Positions 37,069 through 49,888 of a DNA stretch of 64,000 bases are shown here, in pieces. The notes under the pieces are model-generated. The model searched no databases and had not been told where the DNA came from. It saw only the letters and a list, made by a program, of their open reading frames with translations. The position numbers and the translations under genes were made by a program. The stretch covers positions 1,480,981-1,544,980 of the forward strand of contig NW_003314301.1 in NCBI RefSeq assembly GCF_000143415.4, given 5' to 3'. The stretch is from Selaginella moellendorffii. Its lineage: Eukaryota > Plantae > Lycopodiophyta. The first letter of the stretch is position 1; every line of letters starts with the position of its first letter.

Positions 37069-38587
37069 ATGTCAGATTTGGATTGTGCTATGGATATTGT
37101 TCAGTCGTCACACTGAGGATTTGTCTACAGAAACAAATTCTTATGAAGGTTTAGTTTTTCTCTTTATTCCTTAGTATTTCTTGATTTATTTCTCTTTGGT
37201 TTTGTAGTTTCACAAGCAAAGAGGACAAAGTTGACCATCCTAAAAGCCACTATTGCATCACTTGTCTTTGAAAAAGCAAATTCAACCAAAATTCTTGAGC
37301 TGAAGGTTTTATCTACGTATGGTTTTGAAATCGTTTTTTTTCTGTAGTTTTGATTTGCTTTTTGCCTAGGTATGGAACTTATAAAGTTCATCTTGCAAAG
37401 AACACTTTGCGAAGTGCAAAATACTTAACTTATATAATGGATTGTACAGATATGCATGGCTTGCAAACTTTAATATGACGATTCATCCATGTGTGCACGA
37501 TTATATAATAAATTTATGGTTGGTAAATGTTTCTCACTTACAAGGTTTGTAATTTTTTTTAAAAAAATTAACAAGATTATAATTCTCTCACTGCAGATGG
37601 GTTGAACGACAGAAAAACCCAGTTTACCACCATGGAACTTCAGAAAAAGTTCTTTATATTACAGATTCTTCTATCATTCAAATTATAGATGATTTTGATG
37701 TTAAATTAAGATTACAACCAACTAGAGGAGCTTCTATATCATCTTTAATGGCTACTAGAATTTATCCACAAGCTAGACATGCTGTTGTAATCAACATTGG
37801 TGTTTTTCCTAAAAAAAAGATTGCTTCTTTTGATAATCCTTTGGACGTTACTATCGTAATGTTTTTTCCTATTTAATTTTCTATTTCTAAGATATTTTCA
37901 TAGCTCTATATGCACCTGGAGCATGAAGAGCAATATCATCATATTGTAGCAGATTTGTATGTTGGATATATGCCAAAGTTTTTATTTTTTAATATTATGA
38001 AAAGCATGAGTGTATCAGGTGATTTAGCAACACTTGGAAGTACTTTATTTTTGCCACTAGTTGATTCAAACGAAATTCAGAGGCTCAATGAAGTTTATAA
38101 AACACACCGTGGTCTCACTTCTAAAGACAAGGTAATGTAAATTGTTTACATCTACTTTCAACTCTAACTTCCAATTATACAGATTAGTGGATATTTCATC
38201 CCTGACAACCAACAGAGCCTCACTCAAGCTGAAAGTTTTTGCTCATTTTGCTCTTTCACAATGTTAGAGCAGAGAGAAGATAGTTTTGTTGTTTGTGCAA
38301 AGTGTAAAAGGTGTTCCATCCCTCGTAAATCAGCTACAATAACTGGTTCTATTATATCAAATGATATGATGGAATATAGAGTTATAGTGCATGATAAAAT
38401 GGTGGATAAAATTTATAATTTGGATGAAGGGTCTATGGTCAAGTTTGCTATAGAGTCCCCAGAAAAGATTGCCGTTTATCTGTCTTCAAAACCAACAGGA
38501 TTCTTTCTATTGAATGAGGCAAATATTATTGTCCATTTTGAGACACCAAACAATTCAGCCATGGAAATTGCCAACAACCAAAAATAG
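37069..38587 (+). pseudogene. Spliced RPA70/RPA1-like multi-OB-fold ssDNA-binding protein gene (Helitron-associated type), with a frameshift near 37475
   Basis: GT-AG exons give YIMDCTDMHG..LYNKFMVGKCFSLT|RW...YITDSSIIQ (OB-A-like), TLGSTLFLPLVDSNEIQRL (OB-B-like end), and FCSFC-x13-CAKC followed by TITGSI...YRVIVHDK (C4-zinc OB-C). The last three exons are open in frame. Confidence 0.6.
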
Positions 38588-38709
38588 ATACAATTGTCTT
38601 TTGTCTATTTTTCAATTGCTTTCTCTATAATACAAATATCTATTCATGAAATCTTGCAGTGCTTCTTTTAACAATTTCTAGATTTCAAAGCACACAAACT
38701 AGAAATCCC

Positions 38710-38981
38710 ATGGCAACGACTCACAAGATTGCTACTGATTGCATTGCACAATCAATTAGAGAACTAATATGCAATAAACACAAGCTGCCTCTGAAAGCCC
38801 CTCTCAGGTAATCTACCACATTAACATTGTACGCCTAACACCGGAATCCAGGAAAATGATCATTGTGCATCTGGCTAAGGAGTTCCTTAAGGGCTTCAGA
38901 GAAGCTAGGTGAAGAATGTGGTGTATTGCTTTCTATACTAGATGCTAAACCACATCTTGCAGTAAATGTGCAAGAAAATGA
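38710..38981 (+). CDS. Putative small 3-exon ORF, ~57 aa (MATTHKIATDCIAQSIRELICNKHKLPLKAPLRKMIIVHLAKEFLKGFREASKCARK)
   Basis: ATG 38710; two short GT-AG introns (~38808-38851, ~38909-38962) preserve the frame to TGA 38979-38981. Confidence 0.35.
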
Positions 38982-40322
38982 ATGTGAAAGAGCTTAAGCC
39001 ACAAGCAATTCCAAATTTTAGCTTTGTTGTTGATTTGTTTGACCTAGATGCTTGAAGCCATGTACGCTCTTGTAGTGCTCTTGGCAAAAGGGTTGGAAAA
39101 GTCCTTGTATCTTTGACATCTCTTTGTCACAGAGCTTGCGGATCGCTAAACTAAGGCTCTTGCTTCTGAATGACCGTGCTCTTACTAGATTCTACTGGAT
39201 AACTTACAAAAGAAAAACAAAATAGCTTAGAAGAAAGTTAAATGGGAAGGCACACATACATCAAAGGTTTGCTTTGGTTCTTGGCCCTAGATATCTGGCA
39301 ATGTTGAGCTCTCCTTCACCCTGTAGTAGCTCAAAAGAAATCATTTCAAGTACCTGCATCAAGGTATATAAAAAAAATGTCCTAACGAGAAAGAAAGTTA
39401 CAAACTACTTCAAACCATCTTTGAGTCCATCGACTTTTCAGGGATTTGTCATTGGACGTGCAAGGGTTTTCCACAGCCAACCCTGTAAACTGAAAACATC
39501 ATGCTAGATACCAGTCTCCATAGTGAGAACAATGTTACTTGTTTGTGGAATCATCCTACCTGGTCGAAGATATCTTGCTTGACATTTTGAACAACTTTCT
39601 TTGGACTTGGCTACCTTATCCAGGGTTGCCACTGTCAATAGAGTCTGAAGATGCTCTCACTACGGATTTGTAATGATGAAAATCTTCTCTCTGGGCAGAA
39701 GTAGAAGTTTAAGGCACTGGAAGAGCTACTGTCTCATAGGATTTGGGATGACACTATCCTTACATTTGTATCCTCTAGTATAATTTTTGAACCTGCAAAG
39801 ACTCTACGTTTCCAATGGCAAAGTACTAAATCCAAACTTGAGAAACCAGCTCCAAAAACTAACAAAGCCACGATGTTACTCTAGAGCTTCTTATCCTGTG
39901 GGAGCTTATGTGAATGAAAAGGAAAAACAAAAGGAAGAAAGAAAAAAAAAGGAGGAATGATCACACACCTTGTGCTGGATCTCTCTTCAATCTTCTAACC
40001 ACGTCCAGTGCCCTGTCCAGTCCTTTAATCTAGTGTAGCGTAAAGAAGATGAAGACCATTCCTGAAAGACTTACAAAAACAAAATGTCACCTTCCCTCGG
40101 AAATCTCCTATTGCATGATCCATTCAACTGCTCAAGTGGCAAGACCCAAGAATCCATGCGAGGTAGTGGTGTTAAACCCAAAAAAAAGAGATCTAGAAAC
40201 AATACAATTGAGCAGGCAGTCAATTACCTAAGAATGTGCGAGTCTGGTACTTGTGCTCACGTTTCTCTCATAAGCCCATTTTAGGCTCATTTAAATAAAG
40301 ACTTAATATAGCTTTAGGGCAC

Positions 40323-41480
40323 TGTCGCGAATGTGACTTCGGGTATTGAAAGTTACCTGTCAGTCAGTCTTTACGGACACTCTTTCCTTACTACCACGAC
40401 GGTAGGAGGTCGGTATTGCTGGTTCCCTTTATCAGCCCCTCTTGTTCGAGTATTAATAAACTGGGCTTAGCACCTGTACTTAGCTAGATGGACATAAAGT
40501 AGGAACTCCTATGTGTTTTTAGCTAAGCATACTCAGCCTGGCTCTTAGTTCTCTTTTGCTCTGTCTTGCACTGGCTTAACAAGAACCCTCGCATATTGAG
40601 ATTAATCCCTCAATATCGCTGGATAATAACTTACTGTATCTCCCAAACACCCTCGCTATCATGCCTTTTGTGTTAGCCTCATTTTAGTCCCAAATGCTAT
40701 TTATGGAAAGTGTCCAGATTTGCTCATTTGGCATATCTACAGAATGTAGAGATCGGCCTGAATACAATGGTGTTCATCCCGTGTCTAAATTCACAATCTA
40801 TCGCCATTCCATATTTAGTAAGTTTCGAGCTTGTCCTAGAAATTAACTCCTGATATTAAAGGAGGCTTGGGGTGAAAGCCCAAAGCGTGTGTTCCTCAAG
40901 AGGGAGGGGGGGGGTGGGGTCAGGGGGGGTTGTGGGTTCCAAATGTATAGTAGGGATAATGGGTAGGTCAAGTATGGCCAACCAACCTAAGGCATAGTCT
41001 AGCTCTTGTTTGCGTGCCTATCTTTGTTTTGTGTCTGGCTTGGGTCTAAGCCCAAGTTCCATACCATGCTAGCTAGTGAAGTACCCATGTCCTCACGTTA
41101 GGCCATTGGTATGCTGAAATAGCACCAGACTCCATTTGGCTCCGTTTTGCATGCTTGTCTTGGCATTGGGATACTGATTACTTTAGGACTGTTCCAAGTC
41201 ACTCCATGCCCCTATCCTTTTGCTTCTTGCGATATATGCTTGAGAGTTGCTTCGTGGTTCGATTTTGTCACTCCTTGGCTCCATGCTTGGGAGTTTGGCA
41301 CCGTTCCTTCGTTCAATGGCCCAAGGCCCTAAACCTCAGGTTCCACACCACTGTTTATGGACATGTGGCATGTGACACGTAGCATCTGACATGTGGCACA
41401 TAGAGGGTTAGGTTCCGCTTCGTGGTGTTATCCTATGGTAAATCACCATAGGATAAAGGGTAAAAACCACGTGCACTACA
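40323..41480 (-). mobile_element. Solo LTR (short form) of the same family as 57921-60735
   Basis: TG...CA ends; flanks GGCAC/AGCAT (decayed 5-bp TSD); 40323-40860 matches 57921-58460 and 40865-41480 matches 60138-60735. Confidence 0.85.
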
Positions 41481-41691
41481 AGCATAAATAGCTTTCAACA
41501 GAATAACATTGAGAAGTAAAAGGTCTTTGATTGTTTCTATTGGTCTAGATTATCAATTATCAGCCTTCACAAAACTGTTGATTGAAAGATAGAGAATTAA
41601 TACTTGCTGAAAGTAGGCCAAAAATAGTCCATTCGGTTTGATTGTTGAATCTCTTTAAAAAATCTTGATAAGCTAAACAATCATAAAAAAA

Positions 41692-41726
41692 ACTAATCTG
41701 GATGCACCCACCTATGTGGTGGGTGT
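41692..41726. other. GC-rich hairpin after an A-run: candidate rolling-circle element terminus
   Basis: aaactaatctggatg CACCCACC-tatgt-GGTGGGTG; on the minus strand the stem is followed by 12 nt ending TTAG|TT, the Helitron-type 3' end geometry. Confidence 0.5.
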
Positions 41727-41773
41727 AAGGACATCAAGGGCAATAAGGGCATTTAACTATAAAGGGCAAAATT

Positions 41774-44700
41774 ATGACAAAGAGAAAATTTGAATGGACA
41801 AAACTTCTAGATGCAAAATTGTTATCAATTCAAGGATCTGCAAATAAAAAAGCAAAAGAACTAAAATTCAACCATAATATTGATTTAATTGAGCAATAAA
41901 TTCTTTCTAGATACTATTATTTATTAAGAAAGAATAAAAATGAGCAAATAAAAACTATTAATATATCCAACGAAAAACATGAAGAACATACTTTACAAAA
42001 CCAAAAAAATATATATACAACAGAAGAAGACAAAATAGTTATGGAAACTTGGAACTCACAAAAACAAACAAATGAAAAAATAAATATTTTTCGATAAAGA
42101 ACAAGGAGTACTATATCAGATGAAAAACTTAAAAGAAGAGTATATTATATTAGAAGCAAAGAAAAAAAAACAATAAAAGAGAAAGATCAACAAGAAAATG
42201 AATATGACATAAACAATCCAAAAAGTATGAAAGCACTACAAATGTATAATGAAGCTATACAGAATATACCGATATATCCATGTAAAATATGTAAAAGACT
42301 TTGGTTTAAATATAATAAAAAAACAAGAATATGCATGCAATCAATACATGATAAATAAAGAAAAATATAAAAGTCCAGAAAAAATTAGAATGAATCAAAT
42401 TGATTAATATATAGAACAACTAAATGATATTGAGGAGAATATGATAGCTCTACATATTTTATTTGTAAATATAACAATACCAAATCAACCTCAATATTAG
42501 CAGCGCATAAAAGGAGGAATAATAAATGTCCTAACTAATATTAAACCAATAATTAATAAACTACCAAGAAAATTTGAAGAAACACAAACAATAACAATTC
42601 ATTTGAAACAAAGATTAACTGATAAATATTATTATAAATATGGAATAGCCAGAACACATTATATTTATAATAGTATAAAAACATTACAAGAAACCAAACT
42701 ATATAAGAAAAATAAAATTAATATAGATGAAAACTGGTTTCAACAAGCACAAAATTTAGACAATATAGATAATAACACACAAATAATATTAGAAAACGAA
42801 TTACAACAAGAATTAAATCAAGATGATAAAAGTGAAAATCTTATAGACAACCCTAATAATGAAATATTACCAACAGATACTATGGTAATTAGCTTCTTAG
42901 ATGCAAATCAAATAGATAATTTTATAAATAAAGTTTTAGTTATAGCACGTGGTCAAAGACAACACCCATTAGTATTATTTGTAGATGAAAATACTGAAGA
43001 AATGGCATATCCAAAACTATTTTGTGGAAAACCAAGACCATTAAACATAAAAAGCAAATTTACATATCAAGAAATAATCCAATGGGAATTAAGGAATGAG
43101 GATAGAAAATTTGCATAACATATTGAATATATAATTACAGTAGCAGTAAAAACTGAAATCAAATTTGTCAATCAAAATGCAGGTTTTAGATTAAGAAAAT
43201 TTACTTATGAAGGAAGAAAAATCACATCAAAAGATGTGCTTGTAAATAGAAATATGGATAAAATATTAAAGTCAAACATAGGTTTTAGAGATTTAAAAAA
43301 TCTAAGAACATCACCAGATAATTTAGAAGCACTAAAAAAAGATGCATTTGCCATGATAAGACAATTAGGACCACCGNNNNNNNNNNNNNNNNNNNNNNNN
43401 NNNNNNNNNNNNNNNNNNNNNNNNNNNNNNNNNNNNNNNNNNNNNNNNNNNNNNNNNNNNNNNNNNNNNNNNNNNNNNNNNNNNNNNNNNNNNNNNNNNN
43501 NNNNNNNNNNNNNNNNNNNNNNNNNNNNNNNNNNNNNNNNNNNNNNNNNNNNNNNNNNNNNNNNNNNNNNNNNNNNNNNNNNNNNNNNNNNNNNNNNNNN
43601 NNNNNNNNNNNNNNNNNNNNNNNNNNNNNNNNNNNNNNNNNNNNNNNNNNNNNNNNNNNNNNNNNNNNNNNNNNNNNNNNNNNNNNNNNNNNNNNNTGCA
43701 CTAATATGGTTAGAAAATCCACCACAAACATTAGAAAAAATAAAAGAATATGCTAATGAAAATATATGTACTGATTCAGAGAAACTAGCAGATAATATAA
43801 AAAATATTCAAACTCATAAACATAGAAAAACATGTAAGAAATATAAAAATATAAATTGCAGATTTAATTACCCAATTCCTCCAATGCCACAAACAGAAAT
43901 CTTAGAGCCTATAAAAGACATTACAAAACATGAAAAGGATTCATATACAAAAAAATAAAAACAATACTAAAAGATAAAACTATAGATCTAAAAAATTTAG
44001 AGTTTGATGCATATTTAAAAAATAGTAGGAATAACATATGAGCAATATAAAGCTACAATAAGATAGACAATAACAAGTATAAAAAAAATTTATAAACGAA
44101 AACCAAAAGATATAAACACAAATACTTTTAATAACAAATTATCAAATTTGTGGCAATCAAATGTAGATATACTAATTATTCTTGATCCATATGTAGCAGC
44201 ATCATATTGTTTATCATACATTGCATGTATTGAAATAGAAATAACAAAAACATTATCAACTGTATTAAAAAAATGGCAAGAAGAATGAACAAATGTATTT
44301 AATAGAGTTTGGTTATTAAGAAATAACTTCATACATGGTAGGGAAATGCCAATTCAACAAGCACTTTTTTTTAATATTGTCAATCCCATTTCATCATATG
44401 ATTAGAACTGTAAAGTTCATTGATACTAAACCACAAGAACAATGAACAAAACATTTAAAAACGAAACAAAACCTTGCAAAAATGCAAGAAGATGAAACAA
44501 ACATAGTAGTACTTGGACTAATTGAAAAATACATGCAAAGACCAGAAGAATTAGAAGATTTAACATTAGCAGAGATAACAACTGAATATATAATTGAAAA
44601 AGAAGTAACAAGACGAAAACATTAAAAAAACAATATAATTAGATATATAAACTTTAGTAAAGAAAAAGATCCAGAAAAGTGGGCTTTTGATAGATTAATC

Positions 44701-47150
44701 TTACATAAAAAATTTAGAAAAAGAAGAAGATCTTAAAGAAATGTACACAACATATATGAATGCATATGAAGCAAATATGGAAAAAATAAATGAAAAACAA
44801 TATCAATATATATATATAGAATAGTAACAAATGAGAGTGAATTTGATTGGGAGAATCCAGAACAAGAAGCAAATAAAATATTAACAGAACAAGCATAGTA
44901 TATACAAGAAATAAACATAAACCAAACAGATGAATTTGATATAGGGAAAGATTTATTCAAAATGAAAAATAACAAAAACTTAAATTTATATATAAAAGAT
45001 AAAATATTAACAAATACAACAATTATAATACAAGATGAATACCTTATGGAAACTAGTAAATATCACCAATTATGAAGAACTCTTAATAAAAAGTGAAGAA
45101 TAATACATGATGACTTCATATTGAAAAAAATAAAACAACCTAACAAACAATTATGCTTATTTTTAACAAGAGGAGCAGGAACTGGAAAATCAATGCTTTT
45201 AAATACACTTACAGAAACACTCAAACAATATTATAAAACAAACCAAGATATAAATAATGAACTAGGACAGACAATATTAATAACAACACCTACAAGAAAA
45301 GCAGCATGTAATATAAATGGTTCAACAATACATTCAGCTTTTGCATTTCAACCAGAAGCATCAAAACAACGTCAAACAATATTAACAAGTGACACATTAG
45401 ATAAATATAAAAGAAAGTTTTCAATAATAAAATGTTTAGTAATAGATGAAATATCAATGGTAAGTATAGAAATGCTACAAGATATAAATAGAAGATGTGA
45501 AAGCTTCAAAACAACATATGAAATAGACTTTGATGGGATGGATTATATATTTACAGGTGATTTCTATCAATTAAATCCTACATTTGAAGCACTAATTTAT
45601 TCAACAAAAAAATATAGACCTGAAAATGATGTCTCCATACACCACCCATGGAAAAATAATTTTAAAATCTATGAACTTACTGAAATAATGAGGCAAAAAT
45701 ATGATATAATCTTTATAAAAGCTTTAAATAAAATAAAAATAGGAGAACAAACAGATAAAGAGCTAGAATATATAATTAAACAAGTCACCACAGATACATA
45801 TAACACGAAATACTATTCTATATTTACAACTAATGAACAAGTAAGAGAACATAATGAAAAAATAATACAACACATACAAGGTAAAGTTATAATTATAGAA
45901 GCACAAGACAAACATGGAAATTCCTGTCCTACACATTTCACGCTGCCTGATGACACAAGAAAAACACAAGGACTACATAAAATATTACATTTGAAAAAAA
46001 AAATGGCAATTAAAATAACACAAAATATAGCAACAGAGATGGATTAGTAAATGGAGTAGATGGAGTATTACAAGATGTAACCCAGATTGAAGAAGAACAA
46101 ATAATATAGATAGAATTCCCAAATATAAAAACAGGTGAAAAAACAAGAGCTAAAGAAAACATAACAATAAGGCAAAATAATGAATAAAACTGGACACCAA
46201 TTAAAAAAATAACAAGAACAATAAATATTACTAAAAATAAAAACTATGTTATAAGTAGAACCCAATTTCCAATACAACCATGTGCAGCAAGAACAATACA
46301 TAGAGCACAAGGATCAATAGTTATGTAATTAGGATATGACCCATATAAAACAAAATATCCAGGACAAGCATATACCGCATTATCAAGAGCACAAACACTA
46401 AAAGGGATACATTTATATAGACCAATTGAACATAAACATATTAAAATCAATAAAGATGCAGCTAAAAAAATAATAAGAATGACAACAGAAGCACCATGAC
46501 AAATTGATTTAATAGATTTACAAGAAGAAGAAAAAGCTAACCAAACAATTATACGAGTTCTAAATACAAGATCTATTACTGCACATCAAGAAGATATAAA
46601 GAGTGATTCACAATTATTAACATCAAATATAATATGTATGCAAGAAGTAAGAACACAAAAACATGAGGAATTATATTTTAATAAATATAAATCATATATA
46701 CATGAACAACCCCCACATATAGCAATATTGCATACAAATGACTACAAATCAGAAATAGTTGAACATTTAAAAACAGAAACAATGGCAATGTCATATGTAT
46801 CACTAGAAAAAAATTTAAAAAAAATTACAGATAATAAATTTACATAGAAAACCTGGAACAAATATACATATATTCATAAAACACTACAAAAATATATACA
46901 GAAAATAGATAATAAAAAACCAGTAATAATTACAGGAGATTTTAATATTGACTACCAAATAGAAGAAGTAAAACCACTTCAAACAATAATGGAGAAAGAA
47001 GGATATATACAAATAATAAAATACAATACACGTAATAATAAATTAATAGATCATATATGGATAAAAGATATAATATATACAAAAGCAGGAATAGCACCTG
47101 CATATTGGACAGATCATAACAAATTATATATCATAATAAAAAATATTTAA
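41774..47150 (+). mobile_element. Degenerate Helentron/HLE2-type Rep-PIF1 helicase-AP endonuclease transposase
   Basis: N-terminal CKICKR; DUF6570-like LNDIEENMIA...IKGGIINV...LPR...I.LKQRL; EEMAYPKLFCG; LRTSPD....KKDAFAMIRQLGPP; post-HUH ALIWL; QTHKHRKTC...CRFNYP.PP; Rep tyrosine motif DPY....YCLSYI (~44185); helicase GAGTGKS, DEISMV, GDFYQL, ELTEIMRQ, TIHRAQG, AYTALSRA; then EEP endonuclease LNTRS, ICMQE, IITGDFN, IDHIW, TDH (46550-47150). Confidence 0.9.
43377..43696. other. Assembly gap (320 N)
   Basis: Run of n; lies where Rep motifs 1-2 (HUH) would be. Confidence 1.
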
Positions 47151-47154
47151 AAAC

Positions 47155-47201
47155 AAAAACAAACCAAGCATTGCTGCAATGCAATGCGCAGCAATTTATT
47201 A
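47155..47201. repeat. Hairpin motif immediately after the endonuclease stop; candidate Helentron terminus; second copy at 61552-61594
   Basis: aaacaaaccaagca-TTGCTGC-aatgcaatgc-GCAGCAA-tttatta, also containing the palindrome GCATTGC-t-GCAATGC. Confidence 0.6.
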
Positions 47202-48023
47202 TGGATATTTATTAAATAAAATAATAAATCAATTTAATGATCTGATATTCATAACATTTTAATTTTATATTACCTCACAATCTTTTCTTTGAGGCACAAA
47301 CCAAAAAAATTAAGTGAAAACATATCCTACATTTTTAGTATGTCGTGGGGAAATTAATTTTTAAATTAATATATTTCATTTTAAGCAGAAAACAATCATT
47401 GTTGGATTTTCTTTCAGAATATAATATTAATTCTTTTTAGAATTGATATTATTAATAGGTTATTGGATTTACATTCAAATATTTTATCTGAGATATAAAT
47501 AGAGACTAAAGAAAAATAAAATATATCTTATTTAAAATAGAATTTTATAAAATTTCTAATTTATAATTTAATTAAAATACTTAAAATCTTCTAATACTAT
47601 AAATATATATTTACTCAAGAGTTGCTGGTTACTTGTGGCAGCTCAATAGCTTCTAGTCATAAAACCTAAAGTTTGTATATCTTGCTTCTTCTCGTTTTGC
47701 GTACACACAATCAAGTCAGAGAGAAGAAGTAAAAGTGGTGTGTATTCACAGGATCCTCAAACCATGTCAGAAACTTTAAAAATCATCTAAGAACTTACAT
47801 TTGTGAAGTAAGAGCATGTCACTGAGCAAACGTTTGAGATCTGGATGTCTTGACGTGCTGGGATCATGCTGGGAGCATGTTGGGAGAGGCTTGGCAACTT
47901 GAAAGATTCCTTGAATTGAAAAATCCTTTTCTTTTTCTTAAGTTTAAGTCTTACACAAGTTGATCGGCGGCAACACCCCACAATGGATTCCACTGGACCT
48001 TTGGGGCAGTGGTTCTAAGCACA

Positions 48024-48419
48024 TCACTGAAGCTCAGGAACTGAAGCGTGCACTGCCACCTTGTTGCCGCCCTTAACTTTGTCGACGGGCTCACACTCAA
48101 TCTCCATTGTCATACTTGTCTCTAATTGCTTAGTCGCCTTGGACTTGACCTCCGTCCTCATGGGCATCTCGCGAGTGGCTTCTACTTTTGCCGGATTAAG
48201 AAGACTACTGAGTTTGAGCCTGACGAGGGTCGGACCACCCCTCAAGCAAGCCTTAAGGTACTCTTGCTCCCCCTTGGTTTCCTTGTCTTGGAGCTGCTGG
48301 TCCATCTTAGTCCTCTTGATCATAGCCTTCCCACCCTTGGCCTCTTCGTTTTCGTAACATCCTCTCTTCTTCCCATCGTCCCTCACGAGTCGATTGTTAC
48401 GGATGACGAGCCTCTCCAT
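48024..48419 (-). CDS. Hypothetical basic/charged orphan protein (~131 aa)
   Basis: ATG 48419 (MERLVIRNNRLVRDD...), ~50% GC, TATA-like ctataaaa ~50 bp upstream; no recognisable domain. Confidence 0.4.
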   Translation of the reverse strand: MERLVIRNNRLVRDDGKKRGCYENEEAKGGKAMIKRTKMDQQLQDKETKGEQEYLKACLRGGPTLVRLKLSSLLNPAKVEATREMPMRTEVKSKATKQLETSMTMEIECEPVDKVKGGNKVAVHASVPELQ

Positions 48420-48551
48420 CCGCTTCCTTTTGCGCAAACCCTGATTTGTGTTAATGCTAAAAGGGTTTTTATAGGCAAAACGAAAAGGCCACAACCAAAT
48501 TGTACGAAATAACATAAACTGTGTATATTGATAAATAGTACGGATGATCGA

Positions 48552-49888
48552 TCAAAGGCCGAGGAGAGTTTTCACGTTGATCGGATAGCTTTCGTTGATG
48601 TTTCCAGACCATAGCTTGTCCGCGATGAGCTTGTAAGTGGAGCCTGTGGGATGATACTCGTCCCAGAAAATGTACTGTGCGGCATCCTCACACACTGGAA
48701 CGTTTGGCAAGCAAGGGACGGAGCCATTGAAGTTGCCAAGGCCGCAACAGGCAGTGTCATTGTAGAGAAATCCTTGAAAAGTTGAGAGTGAGCGATCGAA
48801 AAGCAAAAGAGCTGGAGTAGTTTTTCGCGTACCGTATTGCGAGTACTTCTCAGAGATGTCCATGAGAACATTGTAGAGGCTGTTGTAGATGAGATCTGCC
48901 TCGCTGAGCGAAGATCTCAGGCGGACGAGCAGATCGAAGAGCTTGGTGTTGTACTGCTGAGACATGTCGTTGAGGAAACTGGAACCATCCAGTCTGATCG
49001 TTGAGAACTTCGCGAGCTGCGATGGTACAGAGCCGAGTGGAGACAGAGAAGCGACGACGATTCGTCGGGCTCCAATGCTGTAGAGCTCGTTGAGCTGCTC
49101 GTCGAGGCCAGAGATGAGGAGATCGATGAAGCTTTTGCGGTTGTAGTCACGCAAGTAACTGGATCCCGGAACCAAGTAATTGTTGATGAAGTCGTTGCTT
49201 CCAACCGAAACGTAGAAGATCGACTTGGAAAAGATTTCGTTCGTTCGCTCTCGGCCAAACTTCTCGGACAGCTCGCTCTTGACGTCTTTGAGATAAGCTA
49301 GCTGCGTCTGCATTGGAATTCTTTGACCCTGGAAATGATAAACCAAGTCTAAGTTAAGTTCTGAGCAAACAAAAACTAGAAAGTAGGAGCTAAACAAAGA
49401 ACCAAGAAAAAAATTTCTCGACAAAAAAACTAAGATAAGAACTCACGAAGATCGAGCCAGTAGCGTTGAGGATCCCGGATCCAGCAGAGGCAAAGTTTAC
49501 ACCTTGATCATAACTTGGCCGGGACAGATATGGCGGTACCAGCGGAAGATTTAAGAAATCGGCTGGTAGAGGAAGAACACTAGATGTAAGAAGGAAACGA
49601 AAGAAGAGTTGAGATTTTGGTACCTAGATAGTCGATGCTCAAGCGTCCATTTGTGAATCTTCCAGTCGGCTCATGAGTGTCGAAATCCCTGCCATAGGGA
49701 AGAAATTTCGACTGCGCGACCGTCCAGAGCCAGTTATTGTTGCCACAATCCACAGTAGAGTCGCCGAGAATGAACAGCGCAGGGACGACAGGCTTGCCAG
49801 AAGAATCGGCAGCGGCGATGCGCGCCGCGATCACGAGAAATAGCGCAAGACGATGGATCAAACCTTTGCAGTTGCGCAACATTTCCAT
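48552..49888 (-). CDS. GDSL esterase/lipase, 4 exons
   Basis: Signal-peptide-like segment; FILGDSTVDCGNNN; PYGRDF...PTGRFTNGR; GVNFASAGSGI; GSNDFINNY; catalytic FWDEYHPT. Confidence 0.95.
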
